Source: Paecilomyces variotii
Lineage: Eukaryota
NCBI GenBank assembly: GCA_004022145.1
Contig: RCNU01000005.1
Reading direction: 5' to 3' (one strand)
Length of the DNA stretch: 64,000 bases
This document shows positions 13,630 to 25,255 of the stretch, one piece after another (the stretch's first letter is position 1; each line of letters opens with the position of its first letter). The position numbers and the translations under genes are program-made. The notes under the pieces were generated by a model. It searched no databases. It saw nothing but the letters and a program-made list of their open reading frames with translations, and was not told the DNA's origin.

Positions 13630-14871
13630 ATGGCCTCCCCAATTCCTAAGGGCCTCCGCCAGGTCCTCCAAAAGTCTCCCTCGGACATTGTTATCCTGTC
13701 CTCTCTCCGCACTCCCATCACTCGTGCTAAGAAAGGCGGTTTCAAAGACGCCTACCCCGAAGAGCTGCTTGCTCACGTTCTCCGTGCTACCCTTGCCGCA
13801 AACCCCAACCTCGACCCGGCTCTTATTGAAGATGTGGCAATTGGTTCCGTGCTTCAGGAGCTTGGTGGTGCCAAAGCCGGCCGTATGGCTCAGATCCACG
13901 CCGGATTTCCTCACACAGTTCCCTTCCACACTATAAACAGACAGTGCTCATCTGGTCTGGCGGCCATTACTGGAATTGCCCATGGTATTCGTGCTGGCGC
14001 TATCAATGTTGGTGTCGGTGGTGGTATGGAGTCCATGACGAGAAACTACGGATCCCGTGCCATTCCCACGGTTCTGTGGCCTGAGCTGAAGGGCTCACCA
14101 TCTAAGGATGCCAGAGACTGCATCATGCCCATGGGAATCACGTCTGAAAACGTTGCTAGCCGTTACGGCATCTCGAGAGCTGATCAGGATGTCTTCGCTG
14201 CTGCCTCCCACCAGAAGGCCGCTGCTGCACAGGCTGCCGGTCTGTTTGATGCTGAGATTGTGCCTGTAAAGACGCTGTCCTTCTCTGCTGAGCACCCTGA
14301 TGCTGCCCCGCAGGAGATCACGGTCACTAAGGACGACGGTATCCGTCCCACTGTCTCTGTTGAGAAGATGGCTTCCCTGAAGCCTGCCTTCTCCGAGACT
14401 GGCTCTAGTACCGCAGGAAACAGCTCTCAGGTCAGTGACGGTGCTGCTGCTACGCTGTTGATGCGCCGTTCCACTGCCACCGAGCTTGGTCTTTCTTCCT
14501 CCATCAAGGGCCGCTGGGTCGCCAGCACTGTCGCCGGATGCGCTCCCGACGAGATGGGTGTTGGACCTGCCGTTGCTATCCCCAAGCTGCTTGATCTCGT
14601 CGGCATGGACGTGTCTGACGTTGGAATCTGGGAGATCAACGAGGCATTTGCCTCGCAGGCCCTCTACTGCGTCCGCAAGCTGGGCATTGATGAGGCCAAG
14701 GTCAACCCCAAGGGTGGTGCTATCGCCCTGGGACATCCCCTCGGTGCCACTGGCGCCAGACAGGTTGCTACCCTGCTCCCTGAGCTGGAGAGGACTGGCC
14801 AGGAGGTCGGTGTTGTGAGCATGTGCATTGGAACTGGTATGGGTATGGCCGGCATGTTCGTCAGAGAGTAA
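13630..14871 (+). CDS. 3-ketoacyl-CoA thiolase (degradative thiolase I type), 413 aa, intronless
   Basis: Thiolase motifs INRQCSSGL (catalytic Cys), GGGMESM, TAGNSSQVSDGAAA, WEINEAFA, GGAIALGHPLGATG, SMCIGTGMG. Strong codon bias. Confidence 0.95.
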   Translation: MASPIPKGLRQVLQKSPSDIVILSSLRTPITRAKKGGFKDAYPEELLAHVLRATLAANPNLDPALIEDVAIGSVLQELGGAKAGRMAQIHAGFPHTVPFHTINRQCSSGLAAITGIAHGIRAGAINVGVGGGMESMTRNYGSRAIPTVLWPELKGSPSKDARDCIMPMGITSENVASRYGISRADQDVFAAASHQKAAAAQAAGLFDAEIVPVKTLSFSAEHPDAAPQEITVTKDDGIRPTVSVEKMASLKPAFSETGSSTAGNSSQVSDGAAATLLMRRSTATELGLSSSIKGRWVASTVAGCAPDEMGVGPAVAIPKLLDLVGMDVSDVGIWEINEAFASQALYCVRKLGIDEAKVNPKGGAIALGHPLGATGARQVATLLPELERTGQEVGVVSMCIGTGMGMAGMFVRE

Positions 14872-15226
14872 AAAGCAAAAAGAATATGCCATGTGCATGT
14901 ACATCATTGTTACTTCTTTTTGCGGGTCATGATTCTTTGTTTTGAGCATATCGTTACCATTTTTGATGAGAGCCTGTATATCCCTGAGAATTTTGCATAA
15001 CTACTACTTGGTAAGAGCCGGGTCTAGTAACTTAGACGTGAATGGGCGCATATTTGCTCGTCTTCATAAAGTTCAATCTCCTCAAAATAATCCACGAGAA
15101 CCAGACCTCTAGAATTTTGGATGATGAAGAATGTCGTTCTATGCGTATAATACCCAGCACTGCTAATTTTCTCGATGACATCTAACGTTACTATGGCTGG
15201 ATAAAGCAGTTGGGGCGACACTGAAT

Positions 15227-15236
15227 GTCACGTGAC
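15227..15236. promoter_or_regulatory. Palindromic E-box GTCACGTGAC (Cbf1-like bHLH site) upstream of mL50
   Basis: 10-bp perfect palindrome about 110 bp upstream of the ATG at 15346. Confidence 0.4.
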
Positions 15237-15345
15237 GCTAATTCCCCGTCCCCGTTAGAGTCGGAGCAAAAGGAAGCTGGACGGGATACAAATCTTTCGA
15301 GAGTCCGCCAGAGCCCTCGACTCGCGAGTTGTCAACGCCGCAACT

Positions 15346-16756
15346 ATGCGTCCTTCCGTGCGGCTGTTGAACCCATTGGAGGTTCCATCCCTCCAAGTGT
15401 CGAAGTCTCTGTACGTTTGTTCGACGTGCCGACAAGAATTTCGACCGCAGGTGTTGTCGGCGTCTGTCGCTCATCGATTCCGTCGCCATGCTTCCTCCAA
15501 CGACACCCCCTTCACAGAGAAGGTGCGCCGCAAGATCTGGGGTACGGATAACCCGCCAGGTCTGAAGGATCCGTATGGAGGTGAAGGTGTGATTGAGCGG
15601 GCTATGCGGAAGAGAAGGCAGGGAGCGGAGGAAGAAGTTGTGGTGGCAGAGCAACAACAGCAGGATGTTCGGGAGCTGGAACAACTTGAGCAGGAAATTG
15701 CTCCGCCCGATGACTACAGACCTGCTTCGACTTGGGATGGTCTGGAGAGAGTCGGTCATCTTGGAAGATGGTCGGATTATCCTCCTACGGAGGCCGACGA
15801 GTATCACTCGTAAGTTGAATCTGTCATTGCTACTGAGGGACTTGTATAGCGGAAGAAAATTTCGGAAAGGTTTGCTGATTAGTTGGAGTTAGGTTCTTGT
15901 CGAAGCGCAAGTTGACTGAGAAGGGACACCTGTCTCTGGCCGCTCACCAGACCGCTGTTGAGCTGTGCCTCATGCACGCATTGAAGAAGCCCCTGACAGA
16001 TGTCTGTGAGGTCCTCGAGCACGACAAGACCGTGTTCAAGATGATCTGGAAGTGTAAGATCCAGCCTGGTAACGGCAACGGACCGCTAGATGGTGCTCTG
16101 GTCTTTCCCAATAAGGAGACTGAGAACAACCTCTTCTACGTCTTCCAGCAGATTGGCAGCGAAGTTGAGATGGAAACCGCTGCTGAACAGACTGCTGAAC
16201 AGACCGCTGAACAGACCGCTGAACAGACCGCTGAACAGACCGCTGAACAGACCGCTGAGGAGGAGGTCGAGGAATTCGGAGAGGAGGACTTCAAAGAACT
16301 CGAAAAACTCTTCAATGACGCTGAGAAGACCCCTGATCTCCCGTTCTTCGGATACCGCGACAGCCGGGATTCTGGCTTTCTGTCTCTCTCTCTACAAGAC
16401 CCAGCTACCAAGTTTGCTGTACGTTGCACAGTATGAGACCATCTTCGAGAGGGGTATCTTGCTAACTCCAAAATTTATAGTTCTTGAAACGATTCTCTCA
16501 GCTGACCGGTTATTTCTTCCCCGATCCCGCCGTTCACTCGATCAAGACCGTGCAGCAGGCCATCGACTACCTCCAGGAGACTATCAACCCGAAGCCTAAG
16601 AAGCTGGCACCGCTATTGGCAGAGACTCCGGCCATCAAGAGTCTGCCGAACGTCAAGGTCTTCCCGACCAAGCGGAAGCCGTCCCACACTGATGAGGAAC
16701 TGGGCCGGAAGAAGGTCATTGAGGCTGAGCTGCGCGCGAGAGGTCTAATTAACTAA
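15346..16756 (+). CDS. Mitochondrial large ribosomal subunit protein mL50-like, 3 exons
   Basis: Exons 15346-15809, 15893-16418, 16481-16756 splice in frame. Presequence-like N-terminus, KVRRKIWGTDNPPGLKDPYG, PASTWDGLE, SLQDPATKFAFLKRFSQLTG..PD, LPNVKV, ELGRKKVIEAELRARGL. Confidence 0.8.
16182..16259 (+). repeat. Coding 12-bp minisatellite (GCTGAACAGACY) x6.5 encoding AEQT repeats
   Basis: Six full units plus a partial one, read directly. Only the first unit differs (ACT vs ACC). Confidence 0.95.
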
Positions 16757-17043
16757 AGGGCCCATATTACAGGGTGTTCCCCGGGGCAATACTTGTAGGA
16801 TGTATTAGAGACGATGTGTTTGATGTACTATATGAATAAGAAATCCGGTTCTATATGTACCCAATTGCCAACTAGAAACTGTACACATATAATCGACGAT
16901 GTCCCCCACTAGCAAATTTTATCCAAAAATCGAAAATCCATCCCAGCATTTTGATCCCCGGACCCTTTGATGCGCCTGCAATTGACGACTCCCGTGCGAC
17001 GCCAGTTCGAACCATATTGACAACAAAATCATTAGTGGAGAGC

Positions 17044-18107
17044 TTAGATTCTCTTAGCTCCCGCAGGAATCGAAAATCCTCTCGTCATGAAGTCGGTATC
17101 CTTTCGCTTATCCGAGCTCTTCGTGAAGAGACTCTCTATATTCTCATTCGTTCCCATCATCTTCCGTCGTTTCTTCTTCTCTTTTTCCTCCTCCAGCACT
17201 CGGGCTGTCAACGTAGCAGTTGCAGCATTCTTGATCCCAGACGAGCTGTTGGCCGACGTGTTCGTCTTGTTAGCTGACGAGGAAGCCGCAGGTTCATTCT
17301 CAGCGGAGGCAGACGGCTCGCCGTTCGCGTTCTTCTTCCGCTTCTTTGAGCCAGGTGCTTTCTTCAGTGAGTGTGTAAGGCCTTGTTCTGCGAGCTTCTG
17401 GCCGCGCTCGATGAGCCGTTGCTTATCGGCTTCTTTGGTCGGAAGGATGACGATGACATTGTCTTCGGTGTAGGGCTCGTTGCACTGACCGAGGCGAAAA
17501 TCAGCACTGAATACTCGACCTCAAAAAAACTATCAATACCCTATGACTTACCTGCAAGCATCTATCCTCCTTCAACTGACGGATCGCCTCATCCGAAAAA
17601 ACGTGTCCACAAGGGACGAGATAGACCGACTTCACATTCGGTCCCAGCTGTTTCGCCGTGACAGGGCAAATCCAACCTTCATGTCGTCCCTTTGAGTCAC
17701 CAGTAGGTCCACCACGCTCAGAATCAACTTCGAAATGCAGTTCGACCACATCGCGCAATGACTTCACTCGTCCGCATAGGATTTCCTCACAGTCCGCCTT
17801 CGAGCTAATGCCCTCGGCCTCGTCGCCCGGGAGCAGGACTTTGATGATCGCATCCTTGTTATAGAGGTTCCCGACAGAATCAGAAACTATTGGCCTCGTG
17901 AGAGGCTTGTGCGAAAGAGGACAGTTCGTCCAGGCATGTTCTTGTTGTTCGCGCTGAGCTTCTTTAACTTGAGTAGTGGTGGGGTTGCGGGCGGCTTCTT
18001 TGACGAGTTCCCTGCGGGTCGGGATACTATTATCGCATTGTTAGGTATTTGATCAATACTCACATGTCAAGGGATGAGATTTCTTACCTTCCACCATCAT
18101 TACCCAT
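17044..18107 (-). CDS. RTF2: Replication termination factor 2 (Rtf2 RING-finger family), 3 exons
   Basis: Exons 18107-18088, 18026-17552, 17484-17044. MGNDGG|SIPTRRELVK start, WICPVT, PCGHVFS, CLQ|CNEPY, and C-terminal DFMTRGFSIPAGAKRI*. Confidence 0.9.
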
Positions 18108-18346
18108 CCTGTATGGTATCCAGGTGATGATTGTATGTAGATAGATTGGTAGTTGTTTTCGTTCTTGTTGCCACGAGCAGCAGGCGGAAGACGTAAATTA
18201 CCGCCGTCCGGAGAACATCATGACTAAGCAGCCCCGTTCCCCAGAAGATCGCGGTTAGCCCCAGTTTAAGCTATCAACAGCTGTCCAGAAGCATATCATC
18301 TCCGCACTACGCGCCAGATAGCATTGATCACCTCAATGCGATTATC

Positions 18347-20253
18347 ATGAGGCACTCAGGGAGTCTGCTCGCCTTTCTGGGCATTGCAACGTGCTCAACC
18401 ACTTGGGCTGCTGCCAATGATGCATCGAGACCTAGGGGCGTTTCTCCTGAATGTAAGCATTAGCTCCATACTCTAGATACCTTGACTATGGCTAGGTCGA
18501 TCATGCATTTCTGGCCAGGCCATGTCAATCTACATTCTCATCTGATTAACGGTCATTACTGGGAGAGCAACATGCTAATTGTTCTACTCCTATTACAGTT
18601 GCAAAGTTCTATAAGGACACCGCCGCCTTCACTTGCATCTCACACCCAGCTATCAAGATCCCCTTCTCAGCTGTGAACGATGACTACTGCGATTGCCCCG
18701 ATGGAAGTGATGAGCCAGGCACTTCTGCTTGTGCGCACTTGTCTAAACACTCGCCGTCGACGCCATCAGACCACCCCTGGGATACTGATCTCGACTTAAC
18801 CCCCGCCCTGCCTGGGTTCTACTGCAAGAATAAGGGCCACAAGCCCTCTTATGTTCCTTTCCAACGAGTTAACGACGGTGTTTGCGATTACGAGGCATGC
18901 TGTGATGGTAGTGATGAATGGGCTCACGTTGGAGGTACAAAGTGTGAGGACAAGTGCAAGGAGATTGGCAAGGAATGGCGCAAACAGGAAGAGAAGAGGC
19001 AGAAGTCTCTTACTTCTGCGATGAGGAAGAAGAAGGAGCTCATTGCTGAAGCTGCCAGGATGAGGAAGGAGATTGAGGATCACATCACCGACCTTGAGAC
19101 TGAAGTCAAGGCCCAAGAGCTCAAAATCCAGAGTCTGGATGCCGAACTGCAGCGGGTGGAGAAAGCGGAGCGTGGCAAGGTCGTCAAGGGCAAAAAGAAA
19201 GGAAAGGTCAATGTGCTGGCTGGGCTGGCCAAGAGTCGTGTGGAGGAACTGAGGAACGCCCTGGTGGAGGTTAAGGGTCAGAGAGATGAGTACCACTCGC
19301 GGGTGAAGGAGCTCGAGGAGATCCTCTCGAAGTTCAAGGTCGAATACAATCCGAACTTCAATGATGAAGGTGTCAAGCGAGCCGTGCGCAGTTGGGAGGA
19401 GTATGCTGCAAAAGGAACCGCAGCGGATGGCATATCTGGTCAGGCTGCCAAAGATCGAGATCTGGATGAGATTTCGAAGCCTGATAGCGACTCTTCTGGT
19501 ATCAACTGGGAGCAATGGGAGAACGAGGAGGAGGGCGAGACTGAGATTGACCTTAGTAAGTTTCGAGGTTGAGGGAGCATAAACCTGTCGACTAACCATC
19601 TTCTAGTCTACAAGCTGGCGGCATATCTCCCCCCATCGCTGGTTAACTATCTAGAGGATAAACTGTCCTCCTTCAAAAGCTTCCTTGTCAGCAACGGCGT
19701 TCTCACGGAGGCTGATGTTACTCCTGCTTCTGAATCGAAAGCCGTAACCGAAGCTCGTGATGCCTTGAACTCCGCCAAGTCATCTCTCACCACCGACCAG
19801 AACAGGTTAAGGGATCACAAGCTTGATCTTGAGAAAGATTATGGGCCTGAAGATGTCTTCCGCCCTCTGAAGGGCCGTTGTATCACTAGGGATGCTGGTG
19901 AATACACGTACGAACACTGCTTCCTCGAGAGCACCAAACAGATCCCGAAGAAGGGTGGCGCACGGTCTGGCATGGGTAACTTTGTCCGCTTCGGAACCGT
20001 CACCCTTGACGAGTTCAACAGCTACGGTGAGCTTGTCCCCGTCGAGAGGACGACATTGGAATATGCGAACGGCCAGTCCTGCTGGAATGGCCCCAACCGA
20101 TCTACCACTGTTGTCCTTGAATGCGGTGAGGAGGAGGAAATCCTCAAGGTAGCGGAAGACGAAAAGTGCGTCTACTCCATGATTGTCACGACCCCAGTTG
20201 CCTGCAATGGACCTGGCGACAGCAATTCCAAGAAAGAAAAGGATGAGTTGTGA
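18347..20253 (+). CDS. GTB1: Glucosidase II beta subunit (PRKCSH/Gtb1), 3 exons
   Basis: Exons 18347-18452, 18599-19555, 19607-20253. Signal peptide, RPRGVSPE|F, VNDDYCDCPDGSDEPGTSAC, VNDGVCD..CCDGSDE, coiled coil, MRH domain (GQSCWNGPNRS..EDEKCVY), terminal KDEL. Confidence 0.95.
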
Positions 20254-21312
20254 TTGGTCTCTCGTCCCTACAATGTCGAAGCCGTAGCGAATGTGCTTTT
20301 TTTTATTGGATTATAGAAGCGTCTGTTTTTTTCTTGAGATACTGCTACTCCGAATAACGATCCCTTGGGCATTCAGCGTTTGTTCGTTTGCTTGCTCTAC
20401 ACTGAATCCCAGCCTAAGATCCCACATTCACGTAACCGGGTTATCACAATCTAAGGAGAACAACGGACATTATCAAGCAATATGAGATCTTCCCAAATAA
20501 CTTGAAAGATAGATACCAATTCGTGGTCCCGAGCGCATGTTGTTCATCGTGGTTGGACGGACAGTCACTTGGTTGCAGTAGAGGGAACTCCTCCAGGAGG
20601 TCTGTTCGCCAGATCCAGGTAGTTAACTAGCTACTGCATGGCTAACACAACAACACATACTTCCCTTTTAGCTTTTACGACGTTATCTACACATTTCTTG
20701 ATGAAGAAGTGGTGTGAGAGTTAGTTTGTCCTTTCACTGTCCCTTTCTTTTATCTTTTCATAGAAGTAAGCCAGTTAGGGTACATATACTATCGGAGCCT
20801 ACCTACAGGCAGACCTCCTGTCGGGTTTCTCCCACGCCTCCTAGCTCCAGCCACAGAGATGAATAGGCTGAGTTTGTTGCTAGAGACTTCAAGCTCAGCT
20901 AGCTTCGCTCCAGATATACTTCTTCTATTGTCAGGACAGCCCTTATCTGAGTTGCGCTTTGCGCCAGTTACGCCTACTGCTTATGGTATACGTGAGGAGA
21001 GTCAGGATCGGAAGTAAGTACTTAGTCCCTAGAAAAAATTCACGGGACGACTAATGATATCTTCATTTCCGTCTAGGCTGTGTCCAGTCGGAATAATACA
21101 GAACTAGGTATCGAAATATAGACATGAATTTCTCAAATCTCCTATCCCTGGATGATTGTCCCGTAGAGAGATATGCCCTGGTCCGCCAAGCAATAACTTG
21201 TCTCGTGGTCTCATGATAGTTCCGTAGCTATCATGACATTATGGAATCCACGCATGGTTGACGGAGAGGAGAAGGGAGACTGGGCCCCATAGGTATGTTT
21301 GGGCTCAGCTGC

Positions 21313-21440
21313 TTAGTGCTGTTGATATTGTTAGCTTATGGGTATAACGAATTGTATAGCTGATATACACATACAGAGCAGCTGGAGCAGGAGCAGGAGG
21401 CGCAGTTGCCGGAGCAGCAGTTGCAAGAGCAGGGAGACAT
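21313..21440 (-). CDS. Metallothionein A, 23 aa: MSPCSCNCCSGNCASCSCSSCSH
   Basis: Exon 1 21440-21375 (22 codons), intron GTATGT..GCTAAC..CAACAG (21374-21319), exon 2 21318-21313 = CAC TAA. 8 Cys. Start context ATCAAAATG. TATA-like GTATAAAG about 155 bp upstream. Confidence 0.9.
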
Positions 21441-24400
21441 TTTGATTGTGGTTTGGGGAGAGATGGAGATCTCTTGAAACGTTTGATAAGATAGTTTGAA
21501 AAGTTGGAAGGAGATCCTTGATTTCTTTCGATCAGAGTCTGTAGGAGAGAAAGAGAAGAGAGAATTGCTACGGGAGGGGGATACCATGCCCTCTTTATAC
21601 ATCCCGTCAGATCATAATAATAATACTCTCCGATCTTTACCGGGTTGTATCCACGAGCGAACGGACCTCTTCCAAGGTCATGTTATCGGCCCTTCTGCCT
21701 GCATGGTGTGGAGAACTGCCAACAGGTCTCCGGTCCTTTCTCGAATCCTGGCTATTGTACAGTAACTACTAAGAGGCAGGAAAAATATAAGTATGCCGCT
21801 CCGTGTGGAGAAACAGTGGAACGTGTGTGGCACCATGAGCAAGAGACATGGTAGAGCCACGTTCTCTCGACAATAGCTGCGATCCACGGCTCTCGGGCTC
21901 GGGAATTGGTCAAACAAAGTCAGAGCTCCTGCATGAATTGGTGCGTCTTAGCGGACCTTCTGTAGCCTATCCAAGGGCTTCTTTAATGTTTCGGGTGTTT
22001 TTCTTTTCTCCCATCCATCTCTGTTTACGGTATAGACAAAGTCTCTAGAACGTGCAACGTCGGCACTATGGCTGGAACAGTCAAGGCCGAAGATCTAGAG
22101 TCGATGGGATAAGTTGGTCCTGCGAAAAGAGCTATACCTAGTTCCAAGACAAGGCTGCACGAGAACGCCAGTGCGTATTTCCATCAGCGGATCAGATGCG
22201 AGATAATGATACCTGATCAGCACGGTCCAGGGCAGGATTCCTATCAATCAATCACGAATCAGGATCATGAGCAGGCGCCAACTTTCGAATAGATAGATCC
22301 ACTGTTCGTTTGGGAGTTATTGGTGAGTGAGCGCATCTTGCTGAGATCGCCGTTCTTGAACGTGATCAGGTTCCCCCCCTCCACCATCCAGCGTCCATGT
22401 GAGGCAGCAGATAATTACTCGTTTTATACTTAGCCTGCTGACTTGGGGTCTAAACCAGGAGAAACACCCCTGTACTCCAGAGTCACTTTTCCCCCAAAGC
22501 AACAAGTCTACTGGACAAGATTGAGTTGCCCACGGCATTTGAGTGCGAGTGGTGGTAAGAGAGTCTGCCATGAGATGTGCGAACTCCCAATAAGATCTGG
22601 GTCTGTGCTCTGTTGACCCCGCGGAGGGGCATCATTAGCTGGAAGAAGCTACTCCTCCAATCTCTACATACGCACGGGAGTTCTATCTTTCGAACACGAG
22701 GCAGTAGTATTAGACTTTTCCAGCCCTGTTATGAATTAATATTTCGTTGTCTCCTGTTTACCCGCGTCTGTCGCTGCATGCTCACTGGGCTACCATCGAA
22801 CGCCCTAAGGAAATCTATTGACGATAACATGCGCCATGCGCCTTCCAGCTACTACTCGATCATTATTATTATGCTTTGGAAGAAAGGAGTGCTCGTGCCC
22901 CTTTCATTATTAGTCACTGTCTATACCCTTTATCCACTAACTAGGTATTATTGATAGATCAAGCTCGAGGTTCGTTCGTATAGATAACTCCATCCTTGGG
23001 CCCCAGAAGCGGTCCGAACCGCAATTGCCGGGCAAAAGGATGCCCACTCTTTCCCACGGTCAGGACTGCTCGGTTAGTTAGCTGAAAAGTCTCCGTCAGG
23101 AAAAGAAAGAAGACGAGTCGAGTTCAAGAAGGAAAGAAAAAGGAAAGGAAAAATTTTTCATACTCCACATCGGCAAACTTTGCTTCCTAGATCGATCTTA
23201 GCATTTATTCTAGATCAAGGGCCCGAGTGAGAGAGAGAGGAGGTAACTAAGTACCCCTACTAAAGAAATGAAACGTTTCGTATCTGCGATACCGGATCGG
23301 TAATTGCACCAGAAATAGATGAACTCCGATAATAATGTTCTCAACGAGGGTAATGCCCAGGAACATTACCCCACGCAACGATGATTATGACTTGCATCTC
23401 CCAGCCTCGTAGGCTGTGTCGGAAACATTCACACGGTTGTGACGGCTTTGCGCAGAGAAGCCGCCATAACCGCCAGGGTGGTGAAGGCCTGGTTTAACTG
23501 ACAAGGGTAGCAGGTTACGGGGTCTATATTGCTTCTTCTAATATACGTCGTAGCAGCAAGTTGCTTATCTCCCAAGTCCGCTATAGTGTACTATTCCTAA
23601 GCGCGAGAAGCAATGTCTCTTTGAACAGCTTGGCAGTAGTACATACTGCAGGATACTTGGATTAGAGTAGTTCGAATATTTCTGTTTTATGTATGTACTG
23701 TACCTATAACCAAAGGCGACGATAAAAGAACATGTCACCTCCAATACCTACCTGCGTTTCGAAGTACTTTGGTGCAGGCCTAGAATGAAGGGCCCGAGTA
23801 ACAAGCAACAAGTAGCAATATTCACGCAGGCTGCGCAGCATGACGTGGCGGGGCTGCGTGGTTCCCGTCCACAAGCTCAATATGTAATTGACTGTGGAAA
23901 AGATACCTAGACCTACATCAATCATGTAATAATATGTCTTGTCTTTTCTGGCCAAGACATTGAAAATGACGTCCCATGGTGGATTAGTATTATAAGAGCA
24001 TGTGGAGTCCTATCAAATCCAAAGGGGGACATCCAGTCATAAGAGAAGATTTTGTATAGGGATATACGTGATAGGTCAAATCCTACGACACGAATACCAT
24101 ATGGTTTCTCCAAAAGAAAATCTATAAAGTGGAACTATGGTACTGTTTCCGCTCCTACATGATATGCACTCTTGGATACCGATTAGATTATCCGTGTTTG
24201 TGGAAAAACTATCGGTATGATCCCAAAATGGAGAAACAGAGACTGGGTGTAGATGACTGTTGAATGTGGCCATGAAGTCTTTGGGGCTTGTAAAATGACA
24301 TAGTTCATCAATAAGAAAAGAAAAACCACATCCCCCTTCCAAGTGGCTCGGCTACTCCATCGTTCCAGCTGCCCGTTGGGGAGCATCGACGAGGTGCGAA

Positions 24401-24454
24401 TAGGCTGCAGTCACATTATGCTTGTGAAGTAGCATTAAGCTGTGCCTGGGGAAT

Positions 24455-24686
24455 TTATTTGGGCTAAGTAGATACTGCAGTTAGTTAAAGCAGCAAGCAC
24501 AAGGCAAAGAGAGTGCACATACGCCGCACTTGCAACCACCGGCGGGGCACTGGCAGGAGGCGCCGCAGCTGCATCCGTGGTCGTCTGTAGATAAGATATT
24601 TGGTTAGCTATCTGAGACCGAGCACAGGCATGTATTATGCGGAACGGAAAGGAAAATATCTCGGGAAGTTAGCACTACTTACTCAT
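24455..24686 (-). CDS. Metallothionein B, 24 aa: MNDHGCSCGASCQCPAGGCKCGPK
   Basis: Exon 1 24686-24683 (ATGA), intron GTAAGT..GCTAAC..TACAG, exon 2 24584-24523, intron GTATGT..CTAAC..CTTAG, exon 3 24463-24455 (CCC AAA TAA). Three CxC pairs. TTATAAAAA about 140 bp upstream. Absent from the ORF track. Confidence 0.8.
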
Positions 24687-25255
24687 GATGGATATTGATA
24701 TGGTTGATCCGAAGATTTAACACGGAGTGTAAGGCTGTAGTATAGTATCACAGATGGACTTGATGGATGCTAGATTTAGAATTTTGAAAATGTGAGACAG
24801 ATCGTGGTGGGCGGATCGCTTTTTATAACCAGGTGACGGTCCCGAGATGGCGAGTGAAGCAACTGCGGGCCTAGTGCCGAGAAGCGGGAAGCAGGTGAAG
24901 TACAACGATAGTCGGGCAACCCCGCCTTCTAGCCTTCATCGATCAGACACCGCATTCCCTTGGGCATGATAGTTCAGCCTGTTAATGGCTTTGCTTTCTT
25001 TTCGAGAAGGTTCAGATCACCTTAGCATCCACAGCTGATCAGCACTCACCGCCGCTGCGGAGACAGAAGTCTCGATATAAGTTTCTTCGAAAAACTATAA
25101 GGACCTCTGATAAGATAGCCAGAGGGGCAGTGACGCTAACGACACCGGTGGCAAAAGTATTACAATGGCCGTTTGATGGTACGTGATCCAGAAAATCACA
25201 GTGAGCAATTATTGATTTACTTGGGATATGGTCGAAAATTCACAGGCATGCAGCC

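Noticed and set aside
14095-14949. 284-aa antisense ORF over the thiolase
   Set aside because: Typical shadow ORF caused by strong codon bias of the sense gene.
18796-19599. 267-aa antisense ORF over GTB1 (likewise 35718-36380, 40290-40811, 46262-46888)
   Set aside because: Antisense shadows of well-supported genes.
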